In this document: positions 23,001-35,005 of the stretch, piece by piece
Position numbering within the stretch: the first letter of the stretch is position 1
Layout: every line of letters begins with the position of its first letter
Source of the DNA: Psammoneis japonica
Lineage: Eukaryota
Assembly: GCA_008632985.1 (NCBI GenBank)
Contig: QPGO01000152.1
Coordinates: forward strand, 124,001-188,000
DNA length: 64,000 bases
Direction of reading: 5' to 3'
The notes under the pieces: model-generated
Seen by the model: the letters and a program-made list of their open reading frames with translations, nothing else
Databases searched by the model: none
What the model was told of the DNA's origin: nothing
Made by a program: the position numbers and the translations under genes

Positions 23001-24216
23001 TGAGGAGGGCTGAGTAAATCAGACTCTTCGGGGTAGCGTCTCCCACCATCGCATCTGGCGGTTCCAGTACGGCAAGTCGGGAGGCGTACTTGGCAATTCG
23101 TTCCTCGCGAGCAAGGTTATCCAATTCCTGCTCAGAATCTTCCGAGGCTACTTCGTCGTCTTCAACATCGGAGGCTGACTGCTCCTTGCCATCTTGCGTC
23201 GATTCAAACGAGCTCACAGCGTCACCGGGTGAATCGGATACTTGATCAGAAATCTCTGCAGAATCCCCTTCATCCTCCTCCTCGAGTCTGGAACGGAGAA
23301 TTCGATCTGGAGTCCTTCTTAGTAAAATCGGATCATCTCCTTCCGCGTCTGAAGCTGCTGCTTCAGAACTCTGAACTTGGGCCAGAGGCTTGCTGTACTG
23401 TTGTCGCAGCATCAAAATCGCCTCTCGGATGGCTTCTTCATACGGGTTATTCTTTTTTCCGCTGCTCCGCCCATTACTGGAAGGTCTAAGGTTTTCAAAG
23501 CTCTCGACACGTTTTCGCAGTGCAGCTTCAGCGACATCCTCTTCTCGTAGCGACGATCGGTCGTCCCGATGCACATATCCTTGGCTGTAAGATCCGTTCG
23601 TATTGGCATGCCGAGGTGTAGCATCTGCGCCTCGATGCCCGCGTCTCTGGTTTCGCTCTCGTTCTGTTTCTTGAAGAGACCGTAAGATCTCGTCACTGTC
23701 CGCAATCATACTCTGTGGAGGATCTTCATCAGCTGTATCGATCTCTTTGATCTGTTCTCTGCCAGGAACCAATCGCTCTGCTCCGGATTTTTCGCGCAAA
23801 TCTGAATTTCTAGCTTCTCTTCTTCCCGGTCGGCTCCGCAGAGGCGAGTACTTTTTTGATAAAAGCGTGTCAAGCATCTCGTTTCTCTTTGCAACTATAT
23901 CGCGCGACTGACGGTTCACCTCTTTGGCGTTGTAAAAATTGAATCGGTTGGGATCATCGTCTTCTCCTGCGCTGCTCGGCGTCAAGGCATCATTGATTTC
24001 ATCGGCATCATAAAAGCTGAACCGCGTCTGATTTGTGGATGCACCCGGATCCGACAGCGCCTTTTCATCGTCGTCCTTGACGTCTACAGCATCCATTTCT
24101 GCTTCTTCGGCTGTCTCCATCATGACACCGGAGGAGTCTTCGGACATGGCCAACCAAGCCTTTGTTGTTGTTTCCCCGTGGCTTGCAGTCGAAGGCATGC
24201 TCACCCTCACGGTCAC
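20080..24216 (-). CDS. DYRK-family (CMGC) protein kinase with a long acidic low-complexity N-terminus
   Basis: GSAAFSTA loop, CLKVIKN, HSDVKPENILL, DFGSSC, YIQSRSYRAPE, DIWSLGC; GT-AG intron 21112-21193 joins the frames; probable frameshift near 23030; start uncertain. Confidence 0.85.
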
Positions 24217-24259
24217 CTTGCCATGCCCGCGCTCCTCATCTCATTTTCCATCTTTGTTT

Positions 24260-24520
24260 CACCAAAAAAATATTCGACGCTCTAGACTGAAAATCATTTA
24301 TTCGATTATTCATATATTTAATGTTTAATCGATTATACATATATATAATTTTTAATAAGTTAATACATTTAACATTATTCATTAAGATAATACAATGATT
24401 TTGTATAGTATCCGACAACGTTTCATATCATTACATACGTATTTATAGATCAATGCCGAAATGTCGATCAATTTTAGTCGTGATATGAATAATTTAATTT
24501 CATGTTCGTACACTAACATA
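24260..24520. promoter_or_regulatory. Very AT-rich spacer between divergent genes (candidate bidirectional promoter)
   Basis: TATA/ATTA-rich tract between the head-to-head kinase and glycosyltransferase genes. Confidence 0.4.
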
Positions 24521-24651
24521 CACTCCAACGGCCCAACATGATGACGTCATTCTGAAAGCTCAAACAACTATCTGGCATTCATTATATTGCGCATCGGTTT
24601 GTCGTGGCTTCGCTCGAGACAGACAATAAACACCGGCATAAGAGCTCGACC

Positions 24652-26241
24652 ATGAAGTCTTCCTCTGAAACCGGCGGTAATGGCGTTTCAAGGGGTTCCT
24701 GCAGCCTAAGAGTATTTCGGCACTTTATAGTCTTTCTAACGATCGCAGGATCACTCTGCTCGTTTGTAATTTTAAGTCGAATGGTTTCATCGGATACACA
24801 GAACGCTGACCTGGATGCTGCAATGACACACTTGCAATCCGTTCGAAACGAATTCAGAATTGGTGCTACTCTTGATGAAAAATCAAAAGTTAAAAAGTCG
24901 AATGAATCATTACCTGCCGTAAAGTCAGAGTCGCTTCCGTTGGGGCTTCGAAATGTGTTGGAACGGGCTCTCAGACACCAAAAGATTTGTTCTGGCTTGA
25001 ACAAAACAGCAGCCCTTGAGGAAAAACCGTCGAATGTTACAGATCTTCCTGATTTTGGAATCATTGACGCACTTTCGAACTACCAACCAAGCTCCGAACA
25101 AGAGGCTCAAAAGTGGAGTCAATGCAGAGTGCCACCAGCATCCGAATGCAACGAGACAACGTTTTCAGTTGTGTTTCTCGCGCACAATCCGGATCGATTG
25201 CAGCATATGAAACGAATGATTGGGCAAATGATTGATGGACGAACAGAATGGAAGGATCTTGTGGAGGAAGTTATTGTGGTTTGGAATGGTGAGCGAGAAC
25301 TAAATGAAACGGGGTTTGGAGCTGGCTTGGAGGCATTGAGTACAGAAAGCAATCTCCGTATTGTGTATCCTCTCAAATTGGGATATCCAAACGACTTGTT
25401 GAATCGATACAATCTCGATGTACTTGAGGTTAAAACAAAAGCACTCTTGTACTACGACGACGATGGCCCTTTTTACAGCAACGCGGCGATTCGCGGGGGT
25501 TTCGAACTTTGGAAAAGAAACTCAAACGCGCAGATTGGTGCCATGGCGAGACGGCTCGACGTTGGACCGCGACAAATCAAGGAGAAACAAGCAATGTTTG
25601 AAGGTCTCAGTGACTTGCATTTTGTGTCACATTGTCGTGCAAACGGAGATTCGGTCTTTTACAATTACTACATTTTTGCTCACTTTGGCGCAAACATGGT
25701 GTTGCCAAGTGGATCGTTTTTGCATTCGGATTTTCTGTGCTTTGTGTGGCACCCAGCTTTGGAGGAGTTGCGACAGTTCGTCCGAGATGATGACGTACAT
25801 CCTGATGACGCTACAGTATCAATGGTTGTGAGCCAAGTTGCCGGCAGAGCCCCCAAGGTATACCCGCGAAGAATAAATCCCAAGAAACAAGGACGTCGAC
25901 GATTGCTCGAAATTCCAAAACCAGCACGTGGCAACTCAACCACCCAGTCCTTCCGAAAATCTAATGTTGAGTCAAGCTTTAAGGAAAAGAGCGAGACTAG
26001 ACGAGGCAGAAGGAAACTCCTTTGGGAGCAAGCTGGTTGGGGCGGCATGAGAAACAATGCTGTGAACTCTCTTGTGTCGTATTTTGGTGGCCTCAACTCT
26101 GGGTCATTGGGATGGTGCTACGGGACAGAGTATCACAAGGTTACCAGAAAGAAGGAGGACGTGTGTAATCCGGAAATGGCGGACGTGGGGATGCTCCCGT
26201 GGATGACGGACAACCATGAGCCGCTGGCCGTTTGTCAATAA
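24652..26241 (+). CDS. Glycosyltransferase family 64 (exostosin/EXTL2-like), type II membrane protein
   Basis: N-terminal TM helix; EVIVVWN, LLNRY, YYDDD (DxD), FELWK, MVLPSGSFLH, HPDD. Confidence 0.8.
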   Translation: MKSSSETGGNGVSRGSCSLRVFRHFIVFLTIAGSLCSFVILSRMVSSDTQNADLDAAMTHLQSVRNEFRIGATLDEKSKVKKSNESLPAVKSESLPLGLRNVLERALRHQKICSGLNKTAALEEKPSNVTDLPDFGIIDALSNYQPSSEQEAQKWSQCRVPPASECNETTFSVVFLAHNPDRLQHMKRMIGQMIDGRTEWKDLVEEVIVVWNGERELNETGFGAGLEALSTESNLRIVYPLKLGYPNDLLNRYNLDVLEVKTKALLYYDDDGPFYSNAAIRGGFELWKRNSNAQIGAMARRLDVGPRQIKEKQAMFEGLSDLHFVSHCRANGDSVFYNYYIFAHFGANMVLPSGSFLHSDFLCFVWHPALEELRQFVRDDDVHPDDATVSMVVSQVAGRAPKVYPRRINPKKQGRRRLLEIPKPARGNSTTQSFRKSNVESSFKEKSETRRGRRKLLWEQAGWGGMRNNAVNSLVSYFGGLNSGSLGWCYGTEYHKVTRKKEDVCNPEMADVGMLPWMTDNHEPLAVCQ

Positions 26242-26871
26242 GGTTGGTTGCGTTTAGGGGGAGGGCCACTTGTTGTTATCCTGCCAGTGCCTAATTATTG
26301 AGGATGGGCGGTAAAGTCACATCAAAGAGGGACATGTCTGCTTCTTTCGTTTTTTCGGAACGTGACCATGGCAACAGATTGAAGTACAAGTAAGGACGAT
26401 GTATCTCCTCACAAGTGGAAGCGCCCTTTGTATTTTCTAGAATCCTATCAATGCACTTCCTTGGAGGTAAGGCGCTGGGTTACAGGGGTAGCTTAACTCC
26501 TCACAGCCAAAGTCGATACGTACAGCTTTTCGCCCTGATGAGCCTCCCTTTTATTCTCAACACTTTCTCCCAGAAATTTACACACGCGGAACTGCATGGG
26601 CTAGAGAGCAGGGTCAAATGACAAGCCACTACTAGCTACAGTAGGTAGAGCTGTGTCCCACACTCCACCGTGTAGCGCCAACGTCCACAAATTACATCGC
26701 GTGAACGTAGAAGTACTGTACCTAGGCAGGAGAATCTCGCTCTGTGCATGAACCCCGAGCTGTGCGAGTAGGTACTCTAGCTACTCGTACCAGTAGTGTG
26801 CAGGACAAGGAGGCTCTCGCTAGCTACCTACGGCACTCAACAGCTACTCTATTCGTCCAACGTCACAATAT

Positions 26872-27326
26872 GATCGTTACGTAGTGAGCGAACCCATTGC
26901 ACACTAGAGAAGCACGTGTCTACCAAGATACCTTAGAGTAATCTAAGTAGGTTTTTCTCATTCACCATGTACACGGATCTCGCTATCTACCCACTCAAAA
27001 GATCGTCACCTGATGAGCGAACCCCTTGCACACTAAAGAAGCACGTGTATACCAAAAGATACCTTGGTTTTTTACACTCAAATCTAAATGGGTTTTTCTC
27101 AATCACTACATGAATGAATCTCGCTATCTACGTACACAAAAGATCGTCACGTAATGAGCGAACCCCTTGCACACTAAAGAAGCACGTGTCTACCAAGATA
27201 CCATTCTTACAGTACGTTCTACAACATGAACAAAAATGAATCTCAAAATCACGTGCCGGTAGTCGAGTCGTCATGGTGTGTGCGAACCCCTTGCACACTA
27301 AAGAAGCACGTGCCTACCAAGATACC
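26872..27326. repeat. Four-copy ~130-140-bp tandem repeat containing CACGTG, upstream of the MFSD5 gene
   Basis: GCGAACCC(A/C)TTGCACACTA(G/A)AGAAGCACGTG core in units starting at ~26872, 27001, 27142 and ~27270. Confidence 0.85.
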
Positions 27327-27624
27327 TATAAGTAATACATTTTAAAAAAGCTGAATACGACGATAATATCGGGCAATAAATAAATCCTGTTTTAGAATAT
27401 GACGGAGACACCATCTACTGCCCCTTCTCATCTTGAGAATGGGCGGCACAGCCAGATAGATAGGTCGTCTCATAAAAAAGTCAGAAACGGAAGATTGAAG
27501 AAGTCTCAAATCTTTTTTTCGCGATGGAAGGTGTCACCTGATAATGCACGAACCTACTCTCCTTCAGCGCAACTTCCCTCCAACAGAGGAGAGAGAAGAA
27601 AGTCCTCTTTCTCCTGCGGGCACC

Positions 27625-30052
27625 ATGATTGCACGTACTTTGGGTGGAGGCGTGAATGATGTCTGTGTAGGCACTCAAGTCTGTTCTTTCGATTCTCTTG
27701 CGATTGGGTGTTCCGAAGGTTTGAAAGAACCTTTCTTGCTTTCAGATACGAAAGATGCGGCGATTTTGCCGTCTCCGCATGCCATGAAACACTCCGCGAG
27801 GACCTATTACTGTGACACAGTAGTTGCTCAGCATCCTCTAGATGTTTGTAATGTCACCATGGCCGATTGTGAAAGAAAAGAAGTCGCAACTCCGTTCAAC
27901 AACTGTCACAGGAAGAAAAATGAGAGGCCATGTGGAAAGAGCCCTGATAACTATACTGACATCGATTCTCGCTCTTGCTTTTCTGGTAGAGAAAAGGAAG
28001 GCGTTTGCCGAGACGATTTCAATTCCTGCGTTGTGATGGTGCCTAAAGTGCAAGCAACCAGCAGATCATCCTTTACTTCATTTCGAATCAACTACCTCAT
28101 CGTTATCATAGCAATCATGTTGGCAGATGGACTTCAAGGTGAGTGAGACGAGAGTTAAAGATATCATTGCAGTTGCGCTTGTCGTACGCGTTCATAAACG
28201 TTCGATATCTCGTGGTCGTTCAAATAATATACTCACATGAAACATGAATTATCTTTTACAACCTTTTTTTTCTTTAATAGGAACTCATTTGTATGTACTA
28301 TATGAAGGGTATGGTTTTTCTGTGGCTTCACTGTACTGCTTAGGCTTTTTGACTGGAGCTGTCGCGTCTCCCATTACTGGACCTCTTGTCGACAGATTCG
28401 GCAGGAAAAAGTCTGCCGTTGCGTATTGCCTCCTTGAAATTGCCATTAACCAGCTTGAACAATACCCCTACCTACCTGGCCTGATCATCAGCCGCATGGT
28501 TGGTGGGATCACAACGAATCTTCTCTCGACCGTATTTGAAACGTGGCTTGACACAGAGTACCGCCGTCGGGGGTTCAAGAAATGCGACTACGAGATCCTC
28601 ATGAGAGATTCGGTGGTGGTTAGCAACTTGGCAGCCATTTGTTCAGGCTATCTGGCACACCTTCTCGCTGATCACTTGGGTCCAAAGGGACCTTTCAAGG
28701 GTGCGGTGACGTGCACTTGCATTGCCCTAGGAGTGGTCATGATGGTTTGGTCGGAGAACTATGGAAGTGAGGAACCCAGCACAAAGTCAGCAAGCCGTTT
28801 CTTGAGTGAGTTTTGTTTATGTTATTTTGTTGAGGACTTGATGAGTGAATCATATTCTCTAATGACGATGATTTCCCTCGTTGTGACGGCTTTCTATAAA
28901 ACAGATGATGCTTTCAACACCTTCAGGTCCGACTCGAGAGTCTTACGGGTTGGTCTGATTCACGGTCTCACCACTGGTGCGATCCAGATCTTTATCTTTT
29001 TGTGGTCGCCATCGCTTCGTACCTTTGCCAAGAATGCGCCACTTGATGTCGTTGGTGTTGACAAGAATGGTGAGCCGGCGTACGGTCTTATCTTTGGAGC
29101 CTTCATGGCTTGCGGAGTAATTGGCGGTGTCGCGGCTCCTTATCTTCGAAAGGCTGTCACTGCATTGCTGTCGCCACTTTCAAACCTTCAAGGCGATTCC
29201 ATCAAAGTAGAAGGCGAGGGCGAGGTGAAGCCCATGGCGGTTGAATTTCTTGCGGCATGGTGTTACATTGCCTGTTCGTTGCTCTTGCTAACGCCTTGCG
29301 TAGTTTCAACCGATTCATCCTCGTCTTTCACAATTTGCTTTGTGGCTTTCTTGCTGTACGAGATTTTGATTGGTGTTTATCTACCCACTGCTGGAGTTAT
29401 TCGGTCCATCTATTTTCCTTCTGATTCGAGATGCTCTATTTTGACAATGCCCCAGGTATTGGTAAATGTTGCGGTCTCCGTGGGGGTTGCTTCTACAAAC
29501 TTCATCACGTGAGTTCATAGTACCTATCGAGTTATCAGCCAGCTGATGTGCGTAGATGTTCTTCCACTCACCGTTTTGGGTACCATTATTCTTTCTACTA
29601 TGTATAGTCTCCAAACTGCTTTCACGGCTGTTTCATTTCTCATGATGGCAGCAGCAATTCTTCAGCTCACTTTAGTGCCAGCCAAGGAATGGTCAAGTTT
29701 CTTTGTAAGAGTTGATCGTGTTCAAAAGTTGGCAAGGAGGTTATCTTTCAATGCCTGTGATAAGCTTCGTCGTTCAAGCTCGCTTATTGCTGAGTACGGA
29801 TCTTGCAGGAAAAGTACGCCTATGTTGGAGAAAGCCTTGTTGGAAGAGCCGTCACTACGGAGGAGTAGGTCCGTGACGACAGTAAAAGGCGAGCTGCTGA
29901 TTGGTTTCGATGTGCAGCGTCGATCATGCTCTCCTCCTTCAGTCCGACGTTGCTCGGATGCATCTACCAGCACATCCGCGTCGGACGCCAGTACCGTCTC
30001 CTCGACCGCATCTGAAGACAATGGCGACATCTGGCAACAGAACGCGACATGA
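27625..30052 (+). CDS. MFS_5 / MFSD5-type (molybdate-anion) transporter
   Basis: ADGLQG|THLYVLYEGYGF, GPLVDRFGRKK, GGITTNLLSTVFETW, WSENYG, FIFLWSP, YGLIFGAFM; introns 28139-28280, 28806-28904 and 29509-29607; start uncertain. Confidence 0.85.
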
Positions 30053-30396
30053 TGGCAAATGATTTGCGGCACGAGAGACCGTTCTGACTGCACGTTTTAT
30101 TCGGAATTCATTTGAACTGTCGCAGCACTGCTCGTAAAGTCTTTAGAGAGAGTAGTTTAAGTGCTGTTGTAAAAAAACATTAACGAAACAAAGATGACGC
30201 CACTTGATTCAACGTTTGCTTTCAGTATCGGTACCTATCCGTATAGAAATACATGTTTGCAGTACTACAATTCTTAACTGTAGGCGTGCTCATTCTTCCT
30301 TTTTTGCAGTACTGCCGACAATGAGCATTCGGCTACTTTGGTCATTCATTGTCTTGGAGAATACATATTCACCACAATGCTTAATCGCAGGCGTGC

Positions 30397-31256
30397 TCAT
30401 TCTTCCTTTTTTGCAGTACTGTCGACAATGAGCATTCGATTACTTTGTTCATTCATTGTCTTGGCCATTTCATCCAGCCTCGCATTGATTCGCTGTAATG
30501 GGTCCTTGGTTGCATCGTTGAAAACGTCATAGACTACCTGAAGTCCAATAAACTTTCCCACTCGAGTGTTGGCTAGAAAATGCAGCAAGTCCAAGAAGTC
30601 CACATCTCCATCCTTGTCGCTGTCCAGTCCAAGATACCGTCCCAAGGCTTGTGCGAGATGTGAAGTAAGGAAAAAGAAGAGCCATACGCAAAGGACAGAA
30701 ATGATGGGATATATTGCAAAGGCAGCAATGCAACCGGCGATGCATCCTAGAAGAATCAAGATGATGGCAGGCCCAATGTACAGTGTGAGTAATGTCAACA
30801 CCAACATGTAGCCTCGCGGTAAGAATAAGAATCCAGAAAACACCGAGATGCCATACAAGACATTGCATACAACTGAGAGCAAAGCTATTGTTGACTCTTC
30901 GTCAGGAAGCTTGCCAACTGTCAAGTAAATCTACAGTCATGATATTATGAACAGTGTAGAGACCAGACAGCATGTGAGTCGACTTTAGATAGCATAAAAT
31001 CGTTTGATATCAAAAGACTCACATAAAATTTGTATTTTCGAGTGTTGACAGCTTGGTAAATTTCTTTTCCAATCATTTCGACGAGAAAATGAACTCTTGG
31101 CATGTTGCCGCCGCCAGCATCATCATCAGCTTCTTCTTGTGGTGGCTCTTGTTTTTGTCTTCTCGCTTGGACAACCGTTAAGCATAAGCATAGGATAACC
31201 AGAAATTGAAACAATCGAGGATTTAGAAACGAAGTAAGAGAGCGGCGACTGATCAT
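30397..31256 (-). CDS. Uncharacterised membrane protein with signal peptide and EF-hand-like loop
   Basis: Hydrophobic N-terminus (FLVILCLCLTVVQA), several TM helices, DSDKDGDVDFLD; intron boundaries near 30900-31030 unresolved. Confidence 0.6.
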
Positions 31257-31457
31257 GGTGGCAGTAGTTTTTGTCGGTTGTTGATCTTCAAACTTGAAAC
31301 GACGCGGGAAAGATCGGGAACCCGGAAGTAACAGCAAGATGCGAACGCGCGATTTTTGCGCGAAAAGGTAGATTAGCTCATATCCTTTTCGAAATTTGCG
31401 GTGGGTGGAAATTCCAATCTCCAAATCCCCCAAATTACACAGAACATAAAAACAACC

Positions 31458-33128
31458 ATGGCCAGTTTCTCGGTCCCTTACGTTGCCCCCAACCCGTCGT
31501 CATGGGGTCCTCCCAGTGAGACGGACGAGGCCAACCCCAATGCTCCTTCTAACAAGTTCGAGTTGTTGCCTTATGCTCCGTTTGGTCGAAACGATCGTCT
31601 CGGACGAGCCGCAGACTTCACCGGACGATACCACGGAAGCCGTACTGGCGGACGTTACACTCCCCGCGATGACAACAAGGAGTTTCAGTACAAGGTGGAC
31701 GCCGAGGAGCAGTCGTCCTTTCAGTTGGTCGATACAACCAAGTCTCAGACGACCAGTTCCAGCCGTCGGTTTGTCACGCCCGCTGCGCGTCGTCGTCAGC
31801 ACTCTGCTCGGTTGCGTCAAGTCAATGCCCGTCGTCAGGGCGATGGAGGAGGACGTGGCGGTGGACAGGATCGCTTTCAGAATGCACAGCGCACTCGTGG
31901 AGGAGGTAGAGGTGGACGTGGTGGCCGTGGCTTTGGAGGTCGTGGAGGATACCGGCGGAACTATCAGAACCGTTTGGATCGACAGGCCTCTGTCTCGGTT
32001 CAGCCAGACTGGAAGCAGGTGGAAGAGCTCGACTTGGCCAAGCTCACAAAGACACTCGTGGCATCGACAAGTCTTCCTGGAACGGAAGATTTGTGCTGGG
32101 CAGGCTTTTTGGACGCCTACAATGATTCATACGACAAGGTCACGGCACGTGCTCCCGTCACGCTCAAGCGCAGTGAAACCAAAGAGTTTTACCCCGTCAC
32201 CACCACGGACGATCCCGTCTTGGAGAAATTGGCCATTGACGAAACGGGCAATGTCTTTTGTACGGATGCCATCTTGGCTCATCTCATGACGTGCACACGT
32301 TCTGTCAACCCGTGGGATTTGGTGATTCAGAAACTCCCTTCGGGCATGTTGTTCTTTGACAAGCGGGACAATTCCCAGTTTGACTATCTGTCTGTGCACG
32401 AGACGGCTCACTCGCCGCCCAACGATGATGACCCCAATGGGGTGAATACTCCTGAGCGCTTGGCGCTGGAAGCTACCATGATTAATCAAAACTTTACTCA
32501 GCAGATTCTCAAGAAAACTGGGCGAAAGGACTTTGAGTACCCCAACCCCTTTTTTGATGAAGAGGACGCGGATGGTATGGAACCCGCCTCTGTCGCATAC
32601 CGTTATCGTAAGTTTGACTTGGGCGACGATATTAATCTCGTATGCCGTACCGAGCTCCATGGTATTGTCAAGAAGACACAGCACATGACTGCTTTTGCCC
32701 TCAACGAGTACACGGCTCCGACCACCAGCTCGTGGCAGGCTCAGAATCAGATTGTCTGGCGCGACAAGATTGATTCCCAGATTGGAGCCGTCTTGGCCAC
32801 AGAGCTCAAGAACAACTCCTTCAAGTTGGCCAAATGGACGGCTCAGTCTCTCTTGTCGGGTGCCGATCAAATGAAGATTGGCTTTGTCTCGCGAGTCTCG
32901 CCCAAGAATGCCTACGAGCACGCCATTTTGGCAACGCAGTTTTACCGTCCAAAGGACTTTGCCACCCAAATCACGCTTAGTGAAAACAACATGTGGGCCA
33001 TGATTCGCATGTTTGTCCAACTCATGCGAAAGCAAGAAGACGGCAAATACGTGCTTATGAGGGATCCCAACAAGGCGATCCTACGGCTCTATGCGGTGCC
33101 GCCGAATACCTTTGAAGACGAGGAATAG
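31458..33128 (+). CDS. EIF3D: Eukaryotic translation initiation factor 3 subunit D
   Basis: [78 protein letters not shown]. Confidence 0.97.
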   Translation: MASFSVPYVAPNPSSWGPPSETDEANPNAPSNKFELLPYAPFGRNDRLGRAADFTGRYHGSRTGGRYTPRDDNKEFQYKVDAEEQSSFQLVDTTKSQTTSSSRRFVTPAARRRQHSARLRQVNARRQGDGGGRGGGQDRFQNAQRTRGGGRGGRGGRGFGGRGGYRRNYQNRLDRQASVSVQPDWKQVEELDLAKLTKTLVASTSLPGTEDLCWAGFLDAYNDSYDKVTARAPVTLKRSETKEFYPVTTTDDPVLEKLAIDETGNVFCTDAILAHLMTCTRSVNPWDLVIQKLPSGMLFFDKRDNSQFDYLSVHETAHSPPNDDDPNGVNTPERLALEATMINQNFTQQILKKTGRKDFEYPNPFFDEEDADGMEPASVAYRYRKFDLGDDINLVCRTELHGIVKKTQHMTAFALNEYTAPTTSSWQAQNQIVWRDKIDSQIGAVLATELKNNSFKLAKWTAQSLLSGADQMKIGFVSRVSPKNAYEHAILATQFYRPKDFATQITLSENNMWAMIRMFVQLMRKQEDGKYVLMRDPNKAILRLYAVPPNTFEDEE

Positions 33129-33225
33129 ATTGAAAAAGTTACTTACGGGAAAAAAGGATGAAAAGCACACTTTAGCATTGCGTGATTAATCTGTAAGGAA
33201 TTTTTTTATCAAGAAGTCACTCTTG

Positions 33226-35005
33226 CTATCGTTTCTTTCCTTTACGGCGCAAATCACGTAGTGCACTCCGACTGCGTGCCAAGTCACACGTTGCGTTCGC
33301 ATCATTCCCTGCTACACTCTTTTGGTACATTGCAATCCACTTGTTGGTTTGCTCTGTCGTTCCTCCCCAGATATACCACATTGACACAAAGGGAGACGAC
33401 TTTTTGTGAACATCACTTTTTCGTTTGTCGCGAAAGTCCTTGGGTGGCAAGTACACGTACCGCTTTCTTGGAACCAAATAAAAGGGATGGAGATTGTACT
33501 TTTCCAAAGAACGCTTGTAGTAGTCCTTCTTGTGTACCCAGGTGGGCATGAGCAAAAGCCATGGTCGGGTTCCAAAGTTTCTCTCTGTCACGTGATGAAT
33601 CAGTCGTTCCACATGATTGCCACTGTACGGAGGGTTGGTGATGAGGGCGTTAAAGTCAGGATAGCCCACCCCGGTGGACCATACCTTGTAGCAGTCTCTG
33701 TTTTCATTGTGCACATTAGAAAAGCCCAAGCTCTCCAAGTTGCGTCTCACTGCTCCATTACAATAGTAAGGATCATACAATGCAAGTTTCTGTCTCGACA
33801 ACCCATTATGGCAGAGCGCATCTAGAAACATCGATACATCTTGGTAGGACTCCAACGGTGACTCACAATGATCGTCGGGGTCTGTAGGGAATGGAAAGTA
33901 ACCTGATCCGGAAGATTCTGCCTTACTTTCCGATGGATCCACTTTTTGCGACTCTATTATCGGGAACGATCAGCAAGTTTGTGTGAGTTCATTTCACAGC
34001 GAACCGAGCGGGAAGAATTGTTTTGTCCGTAAGGCTATTGAGAACATCTCAGTTGGAGTAGAAAATAATACAGATGTCACACCCGCCTCACAGTCTAAAA
34101 CGCAGGAGACAAAGCAAAGGACCGTGGCTTCATCCTTATGAAACATTTTGCTCCACAAAAAATCATCCAAGGATTTCGCTTCATCTCCTGTTGATGCGTT
34201 GCATCTGTTCTTGCATGATATTTGACCGGCACACGTCATGAAAAGAAAAAGACAAGCTCCGGCTTCGATACATGCTAAGTTTTTTGACAAAATCGGCGCT
34301 GAGAGTGATCTTACCTTTGAATGCTCCATCACTTAGAATCACCATGCCCTCCTCATTCAAAGAGCCAACCTGGATCAAATCTCCTTCATCCGTTCTTTCC
34401 AGAGCTGAGTAGACCTTACGTCGTTTAGTATCTATGAGTACCATCAACATTTCTCCGTTTTCCTCTGGATGGGGAACCATTCGTCCTTCAAGCGGTGTTT
34501 CTTCTTCGTCCTCTCGGTTTGTGGAGGCTACTCCTTCCACTCCAGCCGCCTCAGCTTCGTTCTTATCGTTTGCATACTCTTCTGCTTTGTCTCTACACTT
34601 GTCGGTCCTTGGCTTCTTATAAAGAGGTTCCGCGGATGCATATACACTAGCCTTTAGCTCCTTGGCAAGGTTTGATATTTTCTCAAGTCCCTCGTCCGTC
34701 GACTGAGTCTGCGTTCGAAGCAAAAAGTCATCGTCGAGCTGTTCCGGTTCAATTGAGGCTGCCGCAGCAAACACGCTACCCCAGGACAGACCACCACCCC
34801 CACCTGAAGAAGAGTTCGCAATGGTCTCAATGTTTGTATCAAGCTTTACCTGAATGCATGGAACGGAAGAACTCTCACCGGTATCCGCATCATGGTCTGC
34901 GCTATCAGTGCAGTCGGAAGATCGGATTCGCTTCTTTGACTTTTCTTTCTTTCGTTGCTTTTCCTTCTTCTTTTTCTTCTTCTCGTGGCCCATGCTGATA
35001 TTCAT
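33226..35005 (-). CDS. Putative SAM-dependent amino-methyltransferase (NPPY motif) with Lys-rich and acidic N-terminal extension
   Basis: DDHCESP, LYDPYYCNG, ITNPPYS, RPWLLLMP; the 3' ORF has no ATG, but phase-1 GT-AG intron 33954-34314 joins it in frame to ORF 34181-35005; basic tracts at both ends. Confidence 0.7.

Noticed and set aside
31483..33035. Long alternative-frame and antisense ORFs over eIF3d
   Set aside because: Shadows of a strongly codon-biased gene.
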